Shown here: piece after piece, positions 1 through 16,403 of the stretch | Layout: every line of letters begins with the position of its first letter | How positions within the stretch are numbered: position 1 is the first letter of the stretch | NCBI RefSeq assembly: GCF_009914755.1 | Contig: NC_060947.1 | Origin: the human T2T-CHM13v2.0 reference genome, Homo sapiens | DNA length: 64,000 bases | Strand: one strand, 5' to 3' | Program-made: the position numbers and the translations under genes | The notes under the pieces: model-generated | What the model was told of the DNA's origin: nothing | Seen by the model: only the letters and a program-made list of their open reading frames with translations | The model's database searches: none

Positions 1-949
1 ATTTTCTCACCCTGTACTTTATCTACATGAACTCAACCATTCTCATGTCTTCAATAACAGTGTATATGCCAATGAATACCAGTTTTATACTTCTAGATTT
101 CTCTTCTGAGCTTCAGAATGGTATAGGCTTACCTCAGAGATATTGCAGATTTGGTTCCAGACCACCGCAATAAAGTGAATATCGCAATAAAGCAAGTTAC
201 ATGAATTCTTTGGATTTCAGTGCAAATAAAAGTTATCTTTATACTATAACACAGTCTATTAGGTATGTAATAGCATTATGTCTAAAAAATGTACATACCT
301 TAATTAAAAATACTTCACTGCTAAAAATGCTAATGATCATCTGAGCCTTTAGTGAGTCCTAATCTTTTTGCTGGTGGAGGGTCTTGCCTTGAAGTGTATG
401 GCTGCTGATTGATCAGGGTGGTGGTTGCTGAAGGTTGGGGTGGCTGTGGCAATTTCTTAAGATAAGACAGCAATGCAGTTTGCTACATTTACTCACTCTT
501 TATTTCATGAAATATTTCTTTGTAGCATGCCATGCTGTTTGATAGCATTTTACTCAGAGTACAGCTTCTTTTCAAAATTAGGGTCAGTCCTCTCAAACCC
601 TGCCACTGCTCTATCAACTAAGTTTATGTAATATTCTAAATCCTTTGTTGCTATTTTAGCAATGTTCACAGCATCTTCACCAGGAGTAGATTCCACTTCT
701 CAATAAACTACTTCATTTGCTCATCCATAAGAAGCAACTCCTCATCCATTCAAGTTTGGTCATGAAACTGCAGTAATTCAGTCACATCTTCAGGCTCCAT
801 TTCTAATTCTTGTTCTCTTGCTATTTTCACCACTTCTACAGTTACTTTCTCCACCTCTCAAAGTCATCGATGAGGGCTGGAATCAACTTCTTCCAAACTC
901 CTGTTAATGTGGATATTTTTACCTTCCCCTATTAATCATGAATGTTCTT

Positions 950-1241
950 TTTTTTTTCTTTTGAGATGGAGTCTTGCTCTGTCGCCCAGGCTGGAGTGCA
1001 GAGGCATGATTTCGGCTCACTGCAACCTCCCGGGTTCAAGCAATTCCCCTACCTCAGCCTCCCGAGTAACTGAGACTACGGTGCATGCCCCCACGCATGG
1101 CTATTTTTTTTTTGTAGCTTTAGTAGAGATGGGGTTTCACCATATTGGCCAGCCTGGTCTCAAACTCCTGACCTCAGGTGATCTGCCTGCCTCGGCCTCC
1201 CAAAGTGCTGGGATTACAGGTGTGAGCCACCGCACCTGGCC
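950..1241 (-). mobile_element. Alu (S-type) inside Tigger1
   Basis: Alu consensus, poly-T, TSD CATGAAT(G/T)TTCTT. Confidence 0.95.
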
Positions 1242-4200
1242 ATGAATTTTCTTAATGACATTTAGAACAGTGAATCCTTTCCAGAAGGTTTTCAATTTAC
1301 TTTGCCCAGATCCACCAGATGAATCACTATCTATGGCAGCTATAGCCTTATGAAATGTATTTCTTAAATAATACCTTGAAAGTCAAAATTACTCCCTGAT
1401 CTATGGGCTGCAGAATCATATTGTGTTAGCAGGCATGAAAATAACATGAATCCCCTTGTACATCTCCATAGAGCCCTTGCATGACCAGGTGCATTGTCAA
1501 TGAGCACTAGTATTTTGAAAGGAATCTTCTTTTTTCTGAGCAGTAGTTCTCAACAGTGGGCTTAAAAATATTCAGCAAACCATGCTGTAAACAGATGTGC
1601 TGTAATCCAGGCTTTGGTGTTCCATTTACAGAGCACAGGTCGGGTAGATATAGCATAATTTTTAAAGGCTCTAGGATTTTCAGAAAGGTAAATGAGCACT
1701 ACCTTCAACTTAAAGTCACCAGCTGCATTAACCCCTAACAAGAGAGTCAGCCTGTCCTTTGAAGCTTTGAAGCCAGGCATTGACTTCTTTTTATCTATGA
1801 AAGTCCTAGATGGCATCTTCTTCCAATATAAGGCTTTTCGGTATATATTGGAAGTCTGATATTTAGTGTAGCCATCTTCATCAGTGATCTTAGCTAGATC
1901 TTCTGGATAACTTTCTGTAGGTTATTCATTATTCCTTGCTGCTCTACCTTGTGCTTTTATGTTATGGAGATGGCTTCTTTCCTTAAACCTCGTGAGTCAG
2001 CCTCTGCTGACTTCAAACTTTTCTTTTGCAAGCTTCCTCACCTCTCTCAGCCTTCATAGAATTGAAGAGTCCGGGGCCTTGTTCTGGATTAGGCTTTGGC
2101 TTAAAGGTATGTTGTAGGTGATTTGTTCTTCTTCTCTATTTGATCTTCTATCCAGACTACAAAAACTTTCTTCTTATCAGCACAAAGGCTGTTTTTCTTT
2201 CTTATAATTCATGTGTTTGCTGAAGTAGCACTTTCAATGTCCTTCAAGAACTTTTCCTGGGAGGTGTACTTCAAGATGGCTGACTAGAGGCACCTGACAC
2301 TCACTTCACCTGCAAAGAAGGACCAAAACAGTACGTAGATAAGAACACATTAAGTAGAGATTCTGAAAGAGAACACTGGAATTCAGTGGACAAGTGACAG
2401 GGAACCTCTAAGGCATAGAAGGAGAGGGAAGTAAAGCATCTTGCCTGGCTAGAATTAGCTCACAGCTAGGAGGAACTGAGCATTAGAGAAAAAAAGTAAG
2501 TGAGAGATCCCCAGCAGTCCGCATTTCCTCCAGACTCGTGTAATCCTAGCCACAGGAGAGCCCCTTGGCCCTTGCAGGCCCCGAAACTAGTATAGGAAGC
2601 TGCCTGGAATCCATGTAGCAGCACTGTCTCAGAGAGGTTGTTTAAGCTGGGTCCTACACACCTCCAGAGGTGCAGCTGCAGCATGGCACCATTTTGACAG
2701 CCCAGCCCCCATAGACTACATTCTGCCTTGGGACCCAACAGCCCCTATATCTCTACATCACTGGAGCCCTCCTGACATCCCCCTACACCCACCCAGAGGG
2801 TTGCAGCCTCCCGATGTTGGCTAGACCCAGTGGTGCAGCAGGGGTACCAGCATTGTAGCCCACACAGTGTTCTAAAACCCAGGGAATGGGTAGTGCAGTG
2901 TACCAGGGAGGCTGCCCCTCAAACAAAGGGAGCTGAAATACGTGGTAACCATAGCCTGAGAGCTGCTTACATGGGGCTACTGCCACTGCCAGCAACACTG
3001 CCCCCTACAGTGGCAGGGCCACCATGCACCTGCATGTGCCTTCAAGGCGCCTAGGGACCAGTTTGCCTATGCATTATTTGGGGGGCCTGAGCACAGACCT
3101 CCCCTCCCACCATCACCACTGCAGGTACACGAATGCAGTGTCTGAGATGTGGGGATTGACTTGCCCTGCCCACCACAGCTGGTGCTTGTGAGCACCACTG
3201 AGAGGCCTTAGTACAGGTTCAACGCACCGGCCACCACCACTGTTGGCACCACCACATGTTGTCCAGCGGCCTGAGGATAGAACAACCCCATTTGCAACCA
3301 CCAGTGCCCATGCATGCCATTCAGGGACCTGAAGACAAGTCTGCCCTGCCCACCCACATTGCTGCTGCCACCAGCACCCATGCATGTAGTCCCAGTGCCT
3401 GGGGATAGGCTCACCTTGCCTACTACTATGGACACACATGCACACCATCTAGAGGCATAAGGGTGAGACCACCACACCCCACCCCACCCCACCACCAGTG
3501 CCCATGCATGCCTCCTGGGGGCCTGGGAACTGGCTTGTCCAGTCTGCCACCACTGCCACCAGCACCCATATGTGTATGCCTCCTGGGGGCGTGGTGACTT
3601 CCCTGCTCAGCCCGCCACCACTGCTGACATTTACAGGAGCCACTCAGAGGCTTGAGAGTTGGCCTGTCACTGCCACTACCACCACTGATACCACAGACAC
3701 CACCTGAGGGCCTGAGGATCTGCCCACCTGGCCCACTGCTGCCAATCCTGGCACCTGAGCACACCACCTGGAGGTCTAAAGACTGGCATGCCTGCCTGCT
3801 GCTAACAGCACTAGTACCTAAGGACTGGCCTGCCTGGCATGCCCAGCCACAGAAAAGCCTCATCATAGCCTCCATTAATAACTGCAGCCAACCCACTGAG
3901 TAACTCATGGACACCACTGACACTGATTAGAGCCAAAGAAATCATACAGAAAATACAAACTGTGCCCACCCAGAATCATAGCCAAAGAACCCTATCCAAT
4001 CAACACTACAAACACATCTATGTGAAAAAGGATTTTCCTATGAAAGATAATTCATAAAATTAGAGGAAGTGACTGTTACACCGGGTATCAATGTAAGTAC
4101 ACAAGAAACATGAAAAAAGAAGGAAATATGACACCTCCAAAGCAACACAATTATACTCCAGTAACAGATCTTAAAGAAAAAGAAATTAAAAAAAGAAAAA

Positions 4201-5875
4201 TAAATTTATAAAATGCCTGAAAAGGAATTAAAAATAATAATATTAAAGAAACTCAGTGAAGTACAAGAGAACACAGATAAACTTATAAAGAACTAACATT
4301 GATACTCAAACTAGTCCAAAACATGATGAGGAGAGAATTCTTCCTAAATCATTCTACAAGGCCAGCATCACTCTGATATCAAAACTAGACAAGGAAGCAA
4401 CAACAAAAGAAAACCACAGGCCAATATCCCTGATGAATATAGATGTAAAAATCCTCAACAAAATACTAGCAAATGAAATCTAGTAACACATTAAAAAGAT
4501 AATATACTATGATCAAGTGGGATTTATCCCAGTGATGCAAGGATGGCTCAACATATGCAAATCAAGAAATGTGATCATCAACAAAATGAAAGACAAAACC
4601 GTATAATCATCTGAATAGATTCAGAAAAAGCATCTGATATAATTCAACATCTCTTCATGATAAAAACTCTCAACAAATTAGGCATAGAAGGAACATACCT
4701 CAACATAATAAAGGCTGTATAGGACAAATCCATAGCAAATATTATACTGAATGAGGAAAAGCTGAAAGCCTTTCCTCTAAAACTGAATCAAGACAAGGAT
4801 GCTCACTTTCATCATTCTTATTCAACATAGTACTGGAAGTCCTAGCTAGAGCAATCAGGCAAGGGAAAGAAAAGGCATCCAAGTTGGAAAAGAGAAACTC
4901 AAATTGTTTTTCTTTGCAGATGAAATGATTTTATATTTGGAAAAACCTGAAGACTCCACCAAAAAAACTCTCGGAACTGATAAACAAATTCAGTAAAGTT
5001 GCAGGATATAAAATTAACATACAAAGTTCAGTAGCATTTCCACACACCAACAATGAACTAGCTCAAAAAGAAATTAAGAAAACAATCCCATTTACAACAG
5101 CTAAAGACAAATACCTAGGAATAAATTTAACCAAGGAAGTGAAGGACCTCAGCAACAAAAACTATAAAACACTGATGAAAGCAACTTGAGGACACAAACA
5201 AATGGAAAGATATCCTATACTCATGGATTGCAAGAGTTAATATTGTTAAAATGACCATACTACCCAATGTGATTTACAGATTCAATGCAATCCCTATCAA
5301 AATACCAATGACATTCTGCAAAGAAATAGAAAGGGAAATACTAAAATTAATATGGAAGCACAAAAGACCACAATAGCCAAAGCAATACTGAGCAAAAAGA
5401 ATAAAGCTGAAGGCATCACTCTACCTGACTTTAAAAAATATTACAAAGCTATAGTAATCAAAACAGCATGGTATCAGCATAAAACAGACACATAGACCAA
5501 TGGAACAGAATAGAGAACCCAGGTATAAATCTATGCATTTTCAATCAACTGACTTTCAACAAAGGCACCAAGAACATACATTGGGAAAAGGATACCCTCT
5601 TCAAAAAATATCACTGGGAAAACTGCATATTCATATACAGAAGAATAAAGCAAGACCCCTATTTAACACTATATGCAAAAATCAACTCCGAATAAATTAA
5701 AGACTTAAACCTAAGACAAAAAACTATAAAATGACTAGAAGAAAATACAAGGAAACAATTCTGCACAGGGTCTAGGCCAAGATTTTATGGGTAAGACTTT
5801 AAAAGTATAGGTAACAAAAACAGATAAATGGGACTATAGCAAACTAAAAAGCTTCTGCACAGCAAAATAAATAAT

Positions 5876-6627
5876 TGAGAAATAAAAATAAAATCCCAAG
5901 TCCCCCAGCTAACTGAAAAGACCCTCTCTCAGCCAAGAGCACCCCAGATAAACCTTAAAAACTGTGTTCCTGGCCATGATGGATGAGGGGTTGGATATAC
6001 CTGATTATGCTCCTTCTTTATTAACCTTCAACTAGAATTCTTTCCTAAGGACTGAGCAGAAACTAGCTCTGGAAAGTGAGAAAAGGATAACTCATTCCTT
6101 TATCATCTTTAGCCAATCATCTGAGGCCATGACCAGACTCCCTGTCATTGCAGTTTCAATATGACAGCTCAGCAGCTTCATAATGCATCTCTTCCTAATA
6201 AAAGACCACTGACCAGAGAGTGGTTCTGGCCAGTTTACAGAGGATGTGCAATGAGGGTTTTCATGTTCTCTGTTTTACCATTTGATGTTAGAGGTCCAAA
6301 AACTCCACCCTTGGATCATGCTAACACTGCCATTTTTTGTACACGTGACTGATGAAGAAGCATGAAGCTCAATTGCACATGTGCACGCATCTCCTTTCAT
6401 AATTATTCATGACTCTTCCTATAACTTATTGAATATGTATACTTAGCCAACCCATTCAGCATAAATTCTTGTCTTATGCTTCCCTCCCTCAAAGTGCTTG
6501 CTCTCGGCTACTGGGCAGAGGCTACATATCCCAGCCTGTGGGATGGCCAGCCTGCAGGCTTCATTCCTTTATGAGAAATAAAGCCCTCCTTTCCAAATTT
6601 AGGAACCTCATGATTCTTCAATTGACA
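5876..6627 (+). mobile_element. ERV1 solo LTR (MER39/MER34-like)
   Basis: TG...CA ends (TGAGAAATAAAAATAAAATCC...TTGACA), AATAAA near the 3' end, interrupts L1 ORF2. Confidence 0.75.
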
Positions 6628-6784
6628 TGACCAACAAAGAGACAACCTGTAGATGGGAGAAAATATTTGCAAACTATTCATTCAACAAGGGACTAATAAA
6701 CAGAATATACAAGGAACTTGCACAACTCAAAAGCAAAAAAAAAAAAAACAAAAAAACAAATAATCCCATTAAAAAGTGAGCAAA

Positions 6785-8375
<1,591 letters not shown>

Positions 8376-10021
8376 AAAAAGTGAGCAAAGAATGTGAATA
8401 GACGTTTCTCAAATGATAACATAAAAATGGCCAACAGGTATTTGAAAAAAATGCTCAATATCACTAATCATCACAGAAATACAAATCAAAACCACAATAA
8501 GATATCATCTCACCCCAGTTAGAATAACTATTATCAAAAAGACAAAAAATAGTAAATTCTGGTGAGGATGTGGAGAAAAGGGATCAATTACACATTGTTG
8601 GTGGGAATGTAAATTAGTACAGCCATTATGGAAAACAGTATGGAGGTTTCTCAAAAAACGAAAAGTAAAGCCACCATATAATCCAGCAATCCCTCTACTG
8701 GGTATTTATCCAAAGGAAAGGAAATCAGTATACCAAAGGGATACCTGCTTCTCCATGTTTACGGTAGCACTATTCTCAATAACAAAGATATGCAATCAAT
8801 CTAAGTGTCTATCAATGGATGAATGGTTAAAGAAAATGAGGTATATATACACAGTGGCATACTATTCAGCCATAAAAAATGAAATCTTGTCATTTGTGGC
8901 AACATGGATTTAACTGGAGATCACTGGGGTAAGTGAAATAAACCAGGCACAGAAATAAAAATATTGCATGTTCTATCTCATATGTGGGAGCTACAAAAGT
9001 TGCCCTCATGGACACAGAGAGTAGAATGGTGGTTGTCAGAGGCTTAGAAAAGGAGGGGATGAAGAGCAATTGGTTAATGGGTACAAACATACAGTTAGAT
9101 AACAGGAATAAATTCTAATGTTTGATAGCACAGTGGGGTAACTACAGTTAACAATAATTTATTTTATATTTCAAAATAGCTAGAAGAGAGAGTTTAAAAT
9201 GTTCCCAACATGAAGAAATGATAAATGTTTGAGGTGATGGATATCCTTAGTACACTGGTTTGATCATTACATATTGTATACATGCATCAAAAAATAGCAT
9301 GTACCCCATAAATATGAACAATTATGTATCAAAAAAAGAACTTTTTCTTTACATTCACAACTTGGCTAACCGGCACAAGAGGCCTAATGTGGCATTCTAT
9401 TTCTGCTTTAGACATGCCTTTCTCACTAAGCTTAATCAAGCTTTTGATTTAAAGTGAGAGATGTGTAACTCTTTCTTTAATTTGAACACTTAGAGGCCAG
9501 TGTATGGTTATTGATTGGCTTAATTTTCATATTGTTGTGTCTCGGGGAATAAGGAGGCCGGAGTCAAGAGAGAGAGACAGGGAAATGGCCTGTTGGTGGA
9601 GCACGCAGAACTGACAACATTGATTAAGTCAGCCACCTCATGTGGGTGTGGTTCATGGCATCTCAAAACAATTGCAATAGTAACATCAAATATCACTGAT
9701 CACAGATCCTCATTACAAATATAATAATAATGAAAAAGTTCGAAATATTGTGAGAGTTGCCAAAATCTGTTACAAGACATGAAGTGAGCATATGCTGTTG
9801 AAAAAAAAAATTGCATGATAAACTTGCACAACACAGGGTTGCCAGAAACCTTCAATTTGTAAAAACAAAAACAAAAACAAAACAAAACAGAAAAAAACAG
9901 TATCTGTGAAGTGTAATAAAGAGCAATAAAGAGAAGCACAATAAAATAAGGCATGCTTGTGTATCCAGTTACCTATTTAGCATGTACTTGAAATCATAAT
10001 AACCAAAATCAAACTCACTGA

Positions 10022-10757
10022 TGAAACGGGAGAGTTCCTTGACCCCCCTCACAGGACATGCAACAGGGATGTGACTCATCTGTTCAGTCACTGCCGCTGC
10101 TCAAACCCCTTATGGGAGGGGGAGCAGACAGACAGGTGTAGGAGCCCAAATGGGCGTGTGCCCTTTTAGCCTTGCTGTCCATGGACGGCTTGAGTGTTAA
10201 CCAGCTCAGTGGACCCTCTGCCTTTCTGCAAGGGCAGAGGGTCGGTGTGACAGCTTTCTGTATCCCAAGCTCTTGTCCCGCTTCCTGGAAGAATCGGGTC
10301 ACACGTGGACTTGAAGGATGAATGCAGGGGTTTTATTGAGTGGTGGAGGTGGCTCTCAGTGAGATGAATGGGGAGCCAGAAGGGGGGATGCAGTGGGAAG
10401 ATGATCTTCCACTGGAGTTTGGCTGTCCAGTGGCCAGACTCCTCTCTGATGACCACCCTTAGCTGAACTCCTCTTGACGTTCAGACCTTCCTCCTCTTCT
10501 TTCTCTGCTGCATTGTTCTGCCATTCATCTGCTTGTCTCCTTGTCTTCTTGTCTGCTCATCTGCTTCTGGAGCCTGGGGATCAGGGTTTATATGGATACA
10601 GGATAGGGGGGCATGATGGGCCAAAATGCAACTTTTTGGGCACAAAAACAGAAATGCCTATTCTCACTTAGGGCCATGGGTCTCCGGGCTTGAGGGTGGG
10701 GCCTTTGTCAGGGAACCGCCCTCTTCTATCCAGTGTTTCCATCTCCTGTGTGTGTCA
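10022..10757 (-). mobile_element. ERV1 solo LTR (MER52-like)
   Basis: The minus strand begins TGACACACACAGGAGATGGAAACACTGGATAGAAGAGGGCGGTTCCC, resembling the MER52 5' end; TG...CA ends. Confidence 0.75.
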
Positions 10758-12078
10758 TTATCTCCTTTTGTCTCCAAACATGTACTTCTTCCAGTGCTCA
10801 CCAACTCAATAACATGGAACCCCATTCCTCCAGTGCAGCATACCAGAATTTGATCATTCTTGATAACTTGCTCTCCCAAATCCAAAATTGTTTGTATTGT
10901 CTAAATGGTCGCTGCATGCTTTGACCCCTGATTAATTCTCCAGCCTTATCTCGTGTTGTGTGCTCATGCCAAACTTGCCTTCTTTCAATTCCTTTGGGAC
11001 ACCCAGAACACCCAAAAGTTTGGCCTCAGAGTCTTTATATTGGTGTATCCTCTTCCTGGAATATTCTTCCTCCAAATCTTTACCTGCTGAGTTCCTACTT
11101 AACCTTTATATACCAGCTTAAATATTTCTTCTTTGAGTGAATCTTCCTGGACCCATCTGACTAAATTCGGTCTTCCATCCCACCTTCATATCCTGCTGGT
11201 TTATTTTCCCAGGGGAGCCCATAATTTCCCTTCATAGCACTCGACAACTGAGATGAGTGACTGAGGTATAAGTCTCAATCACTGCGGTTTATTTTAGGGT
11301 GTGTCTGCGAAGAAAACGAATCACAGATACATCCATGGCTGTTTTTCTGAAGAGGTTTTCAGGAGATTTTGTATTTGTATACTTCCTTAAAGCGGGGAAG
11401 GCATATAGGAAGAGAGGCAGGTAGGTGTTTGGGTGAATAGTTGCATTCCTGTGAGATACTAGTTAGTGCTCAGTAAATCTACATTTTATATAAGATAAAG
11501 TGAATGTCTGGAAAGAAAAAGGGAGTAAAAGATAAATCAATTATGCAGAAGTCTCTAGGTAGGTGGAGGAAGGAGTCTTGACTTTGTTCTGCACCTGGGA
11601 GGATAAGCTTGTAATGACATTATCAGTGTAGAATCAAACAGACTTTAGTATTAGGAGCTAGACTTAGATTGTAGACCTAAAGTCACATGTGGCATATCCT
11701 TGTTTATGGAAGGCCAGCAAATAACTTAGTTGGGGGTGCGGGCAGTCCTTCACAGATATCTGAGACCTTTTACCTTTCCGTGGAGATCTAGCTGATGCAT
11801 AATATGTTAGGAACAGCTATTCATTTGGAAGAGTGACCTTCCCTTTTGCATTAGAAGTTTGGGGGCTCCTGAGGATTTAAAATTTTCTTTTACACACACT
11901 ATCATAATTTTAAGTATTTATTTGTGAGATTGTTTACATAATGTCTGTCTTCACTACTTGACTGTAAATTCCACAAGTATTGCTCTTGTTTATGCCCTCA
12001 ACACTGAGAACTGACACATAGGAGGCAGTTAATAAATATTTGTTCAGTGAATATATGTATAAATGAGTGAATGAGTAC
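10758..12078 (+). mobile_element. L2 remnant (also at 1-123 and 9960-10021), host of the nested stack
   Basis: L2-like 3' end (AATAAATATTTGTT...TGAATGAGT) and C/T-rich L2 body continuing across the later insertions. Confidence 0.65.
11241..11896 (-). mobile_element. ERV1 (MER4-group) solo LTR
   Basis: The minus strand begins TGTGTAAAAGAAAATTTT...CCCCCAAAC and has AATAAA near its 3' end; it interrupts an L2. Confidence 0.65.
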
Positions 12079-12191
12079 AAGTTTTTCTCAAAAAGCATAT
12101 ATTCCTCTCTTAAAGAGGAAGGGCCTTCTCAGTTTGGGAACCTACTTCAGGGTCTGATGAATAGATACTCTGATTAAGAGCTATCTTTGAT

Positions 12192-12492
<301 letters not shown>

Positions 12493-15400
12493 TCAGAACT
12501 CAGTAAAGTTCTTAACAATGTTCCAAGTTATTTTACCTTCCAAGTTTGAGCTAAGTATTATACCGCGTTGTTCTCTTTTGCCCACAGTCCTCTCCCTAGG
12601 TTTTTCACCAGCTTTTCTTTAACCTGAGAAGAGTCAAAAGGAAAAACACAATAAAAATATTCACTATATTTTCCTGAGAATCTAAAACATTTGAAGTTTG
12701 CTTAGAGATTTGGCTGAAGCTTTGGATTGTTTCCAAGTTTGGCAATCAATTTATCTGGGGCTAATTCAGTTTTCACAAGGTTTTTTTTTTTCCCTCAACT
12801 TTCAGTTTCAACATGAGAGCTGGAGTTACCCTCCTCGTGGTTCAAATGGAGCAGTTAAACTCAGGGCCCAAGGTAGAAAATCTGACATAAGGAATCTATG
12901 CTTCCAAACCTTGTGACACCTGGTGGTTATGTTCCAGATTCTGGCTCCTGGGTCCGTGGGATCTGTAAGCTCTGGTCTTTCCAAAAGTCTTGTCATAGTA
13001 GTAGGGGAAAGGAACACTTCTTATGGACAGTGAAAGGGAAACACTAACCTGTCTACTTTCTTCCAGACATCAGAAGTGAAAAGTAAGATAGAGGCATTTC
13101 TGACCTTGTCTGACTCAGTAGGACAGTGTCAGGATTTGTTTAGAGAGAGAAAGTGACCATCCTTAAAAAAAAAAAAAAAAACCCTTATGCTCCCTACTGT
13201 CAGTCTCAAGTGCATGGCTTAGTTCCAAGCCCTAGGTCTTTTTCATTTCAACACCAAACTCTACACTGGCTTTTGAGATGAAGACAGGGGTTATAGATCT
13301 GCAGAACAGCAGAGTAGCTGCTGAGTGCTTGAAGAGCCCATTCTAAACCTCCCTTTTCTCTGCCCAAGTATCCACAACACCTTCCCTGTACTGAGTTGTT
13401 CTGGACCAGGCTCCATTGTTATTCAGCCATGCCCAATCCCTGGGAAGCTGACATACAGTAGAAAATGGAGTGATAATTATGCAGCCAGTCTCTGTAGGAC
13501 TTTTAGGGGAAGGACAGTCTTCCTAGGAAGTTAGTTGCCTAGTCATTTGCTTTAGCATAAAATTTTTATATATATTTTATATATATAAATGGCTACGGAG
13601 ACCAGACGGTGGGAGGACAGAGGATGGGAATATGGTCAATGTTTTACTGATGACTTGGTTATCCAGCGATGATCAAAAACTCCAGTGGCTCCACCAGCTA
13701 ATGCTGTCCATGAGAAGGCTGAAAGGATCTTCAGAGATTATCATGCTTAGCTCTTGCTTGTTTACTTGACTAAAAAAATAAATACTCCCCTGGTTTCCCT
13801 GGGAGTTATTATGGTTTGTAAGCAATGATAACAGTTAAAATTCTGCACTCTCATGCTAAGGTTTACAAGGTTGTTTCTAGATTTCTCTTCCTGGAGATTC
13901 TCTACTTGGACACCCCCTCCAGCCTAAAGATCCCAGAAACATCATGAGGAGCTCTCATAGGGACTGTTGGATAGAAGCAACTCTGTTGCCACGCTGAAGA
14001 CCAAATTCTGGAGATCTAGCACGGGAATCCAAATCTGAGGAGTGCTGTAGAAGATAAGTACAGACTCAAAGGTGTGACAAAAGCCGAGGACTTGGAGTCA
14101 AGAGACCTGTGTGCAAATCTGCCTTTCATTATAACTGTTTGATCCAGGTTAAATCACTTAACTGCTTTGAACTTCAGTTCCTCTTTCTCTAAAACAGGAA
14201 TACAATTACAGTACCTACTTCACAGTTGTAATTAATGAACAAACAAATGCACAAAGGATCCAGTATACAGTAGATAATCAGTATCAGTGACTTGTATCAG
14301 AACTTCTTTCTTACAACTGCTGTGCCTTACAAATGCTGCCCAACTCCCCATAAGGGACCCATGGTAGAGATGACACTGCTCTTCAGGTCCTTCTTACAAT
14401 TTTCAAGGCAATATTTGAAAAATTCTGAACTGATCCTGGAATGGCAACCTTCTTTTCTCCACCTATCAAAACCCTATTTGTAACTGTGGACCCAATTCAA
14501 GTGTCAACCTCATTGCACATATTCCTCAAATACTTTTTAGATCTTACCTAGGGACTAAGGGAAGAGTTCCTCAAGGAAGAGATGCTTGAGCTGACAGATG
14601 AAAGCTGAGTGAGAGTACCCTAGGGAAGGGGAGAGGAGATTATATTCTGGGTAGAGGAGACAATATATGTAAAGATCTTCAGGCAAAAGGTAATCTAGTT
14701 TGTTGGAAAAACTGAAAGAAAATCAGAAGAACAGTGAGGCTAAAGCACAGGGAAGGCCAAAAGCCTTATAAATAGAGTAGCTGTGCATGGCTGTGCAGTT
14801 GGAGCCCAATACAAACGTACCCTGTCAAAGGGGCGTGTGAGGACGGAAATCCAGCCTGTGTTCTCCTTGCTAAACCATGCATTTATAGGGCTCTATATAC
14901 CCAGAAGGAGTGCCTTTTTCTACTTTGTCCACCCTTGTTTTAATTTTCAGAAAGATAAACAAAAGTTAGCAGCATCTCTTACGAGGCCATGCATGTTCTG
15001 GCTCCTATCTATCACACCATTCTTACCTGGAACTCTTACCCCCATTCTCTTCTTTGTGCTCCATCCACACAGGTCTTCTGCATCCTCAGGACTTTGCATT
15101 TGTTTTGCTTGTTATATGGGGTTTCACTATCATCTACCTAGTACAATTCTTGGCATACTATTGAGGCTTGATGAGTATGTCTTAGCATTGAGTCCATGAC
15201 CTGAGGCTGATTTGGCTCCATCCGAGTCTGGACCTGAACCAACTGCAATTGGGTTAGACCTGCTCTGGTCTTCAGGCTAGTGAGGCTGGTACAATGCCCA
15301 TTTCTAAGTGCTGGGAGCAGTGAATCTTCTTACCTAGGCATGGCAAAGGAGTCACTTTTTGTCTTGGGGCTGCTAAAATCTTTACAGATTGAGAGTCACA

Positions 15401-16312
15401 AGGGCTTCTTAATACAGGCAATATTAATTTTTTTTTCTACATGGGATTGAAAGAATTGAGGAATGTGGTTGTTTCAGACTTTCCTGCACTTCAAAACTCA
15501 GAAGAGCTTTCTCTAAGGATACATTACAACATATTCAACGAGAGTCTGCCCATCAGCCTAGATTTCTGAAAGAATGATAAGCTCCTACTGCAACCATTTG
15601 TTCAACAAATATTTATTGAGCATCTACAATAATTAATAAAATAGGCATGATCTTTGACTTCACAGAACTTAGATTTTCGTGCCATGTTCAGAAGTCTCTG
15701 TGGGATTATTTTACAGGGGAAATGTGTTTTCTTAAGGTGCCAAATGCTCATTGGCAGCTTATATAGCAACTAATAAAGCACAAGAAGGGTCAGCCTTCCT
15801 GGGGTCCAAATCCTAGTGGATTCTACCATTTGAGAGCTGTGCTACTACCCTGGGCAAGTTACCTTTTTTTATTTTCAATTTTCTCACCTGTAAATGAGAA
15901 TAATAATGCTTTAACCTCATAGAGTTGATATAAAGATTAAACAAAGCATAATATGTAAAAGAATGTAGCCTAGTGCCAAATCAATAAATACTTTTATATA
16001 ACACAACATACTCTTGTTTTATGGAAAATGAAAATTATTTTTAAGATAAAATTTATCTGGGAAATAGGTCCATTTCTCACGAACTCAGAATAGTAATCAG
16101 AGGAAATGTCATGGCTATGGGAAATGTTTCCTATCTATTATGTCCTGATCCAGGTTGTTATTTTCTTGAGATAGAAATCTTTATCTTGGTGTCTGCCAAC
16201 CAACCCCAGTGCCTAGCATAGTGCCTGGGAGCACTGCAGATAGAGGACTTGTCCTGTTAATTTCTGTACTCTTAGGGACTGGTATAGTGTCTAGAACAAA
16301 GTATGCATATTA

Positions 16313-16403
16313 TTCGGTTGGTGCAAAAGTAAGTGCAGTTTTTGCCATTAGTTTCAATGGCAAAACTTAATAGCTATATAAGCTTATTTTTGCGCCAACT
16401 TAA
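16313..16403. mobile_element. MADE1 (Hsmar1-derived MITE), right arm rearranged
   Basis: TTCGGTTGGTGCAAAAGTAAGTGCAGTTTTTGCCATT...TTTTGCGCCAACTTAA, flanked by TA on both sides. Confidence 0.85.

Noticed and set aside
907-1245. Alu-derived ORFs (this one and many similar, e.g. 7226-7750, 18169-18819, 27536-28051, 52433-52808)
   Set aside because: Standard Alu translations ([21 protein letters not shown]), not genes.
2466-3923. Cluster of overlapping 65-165 aa ORFs on both strands
   Set aside because: They lie in the GC-rich subrepeat 5' UTR of an old L1; the stop-poor composition explains them.
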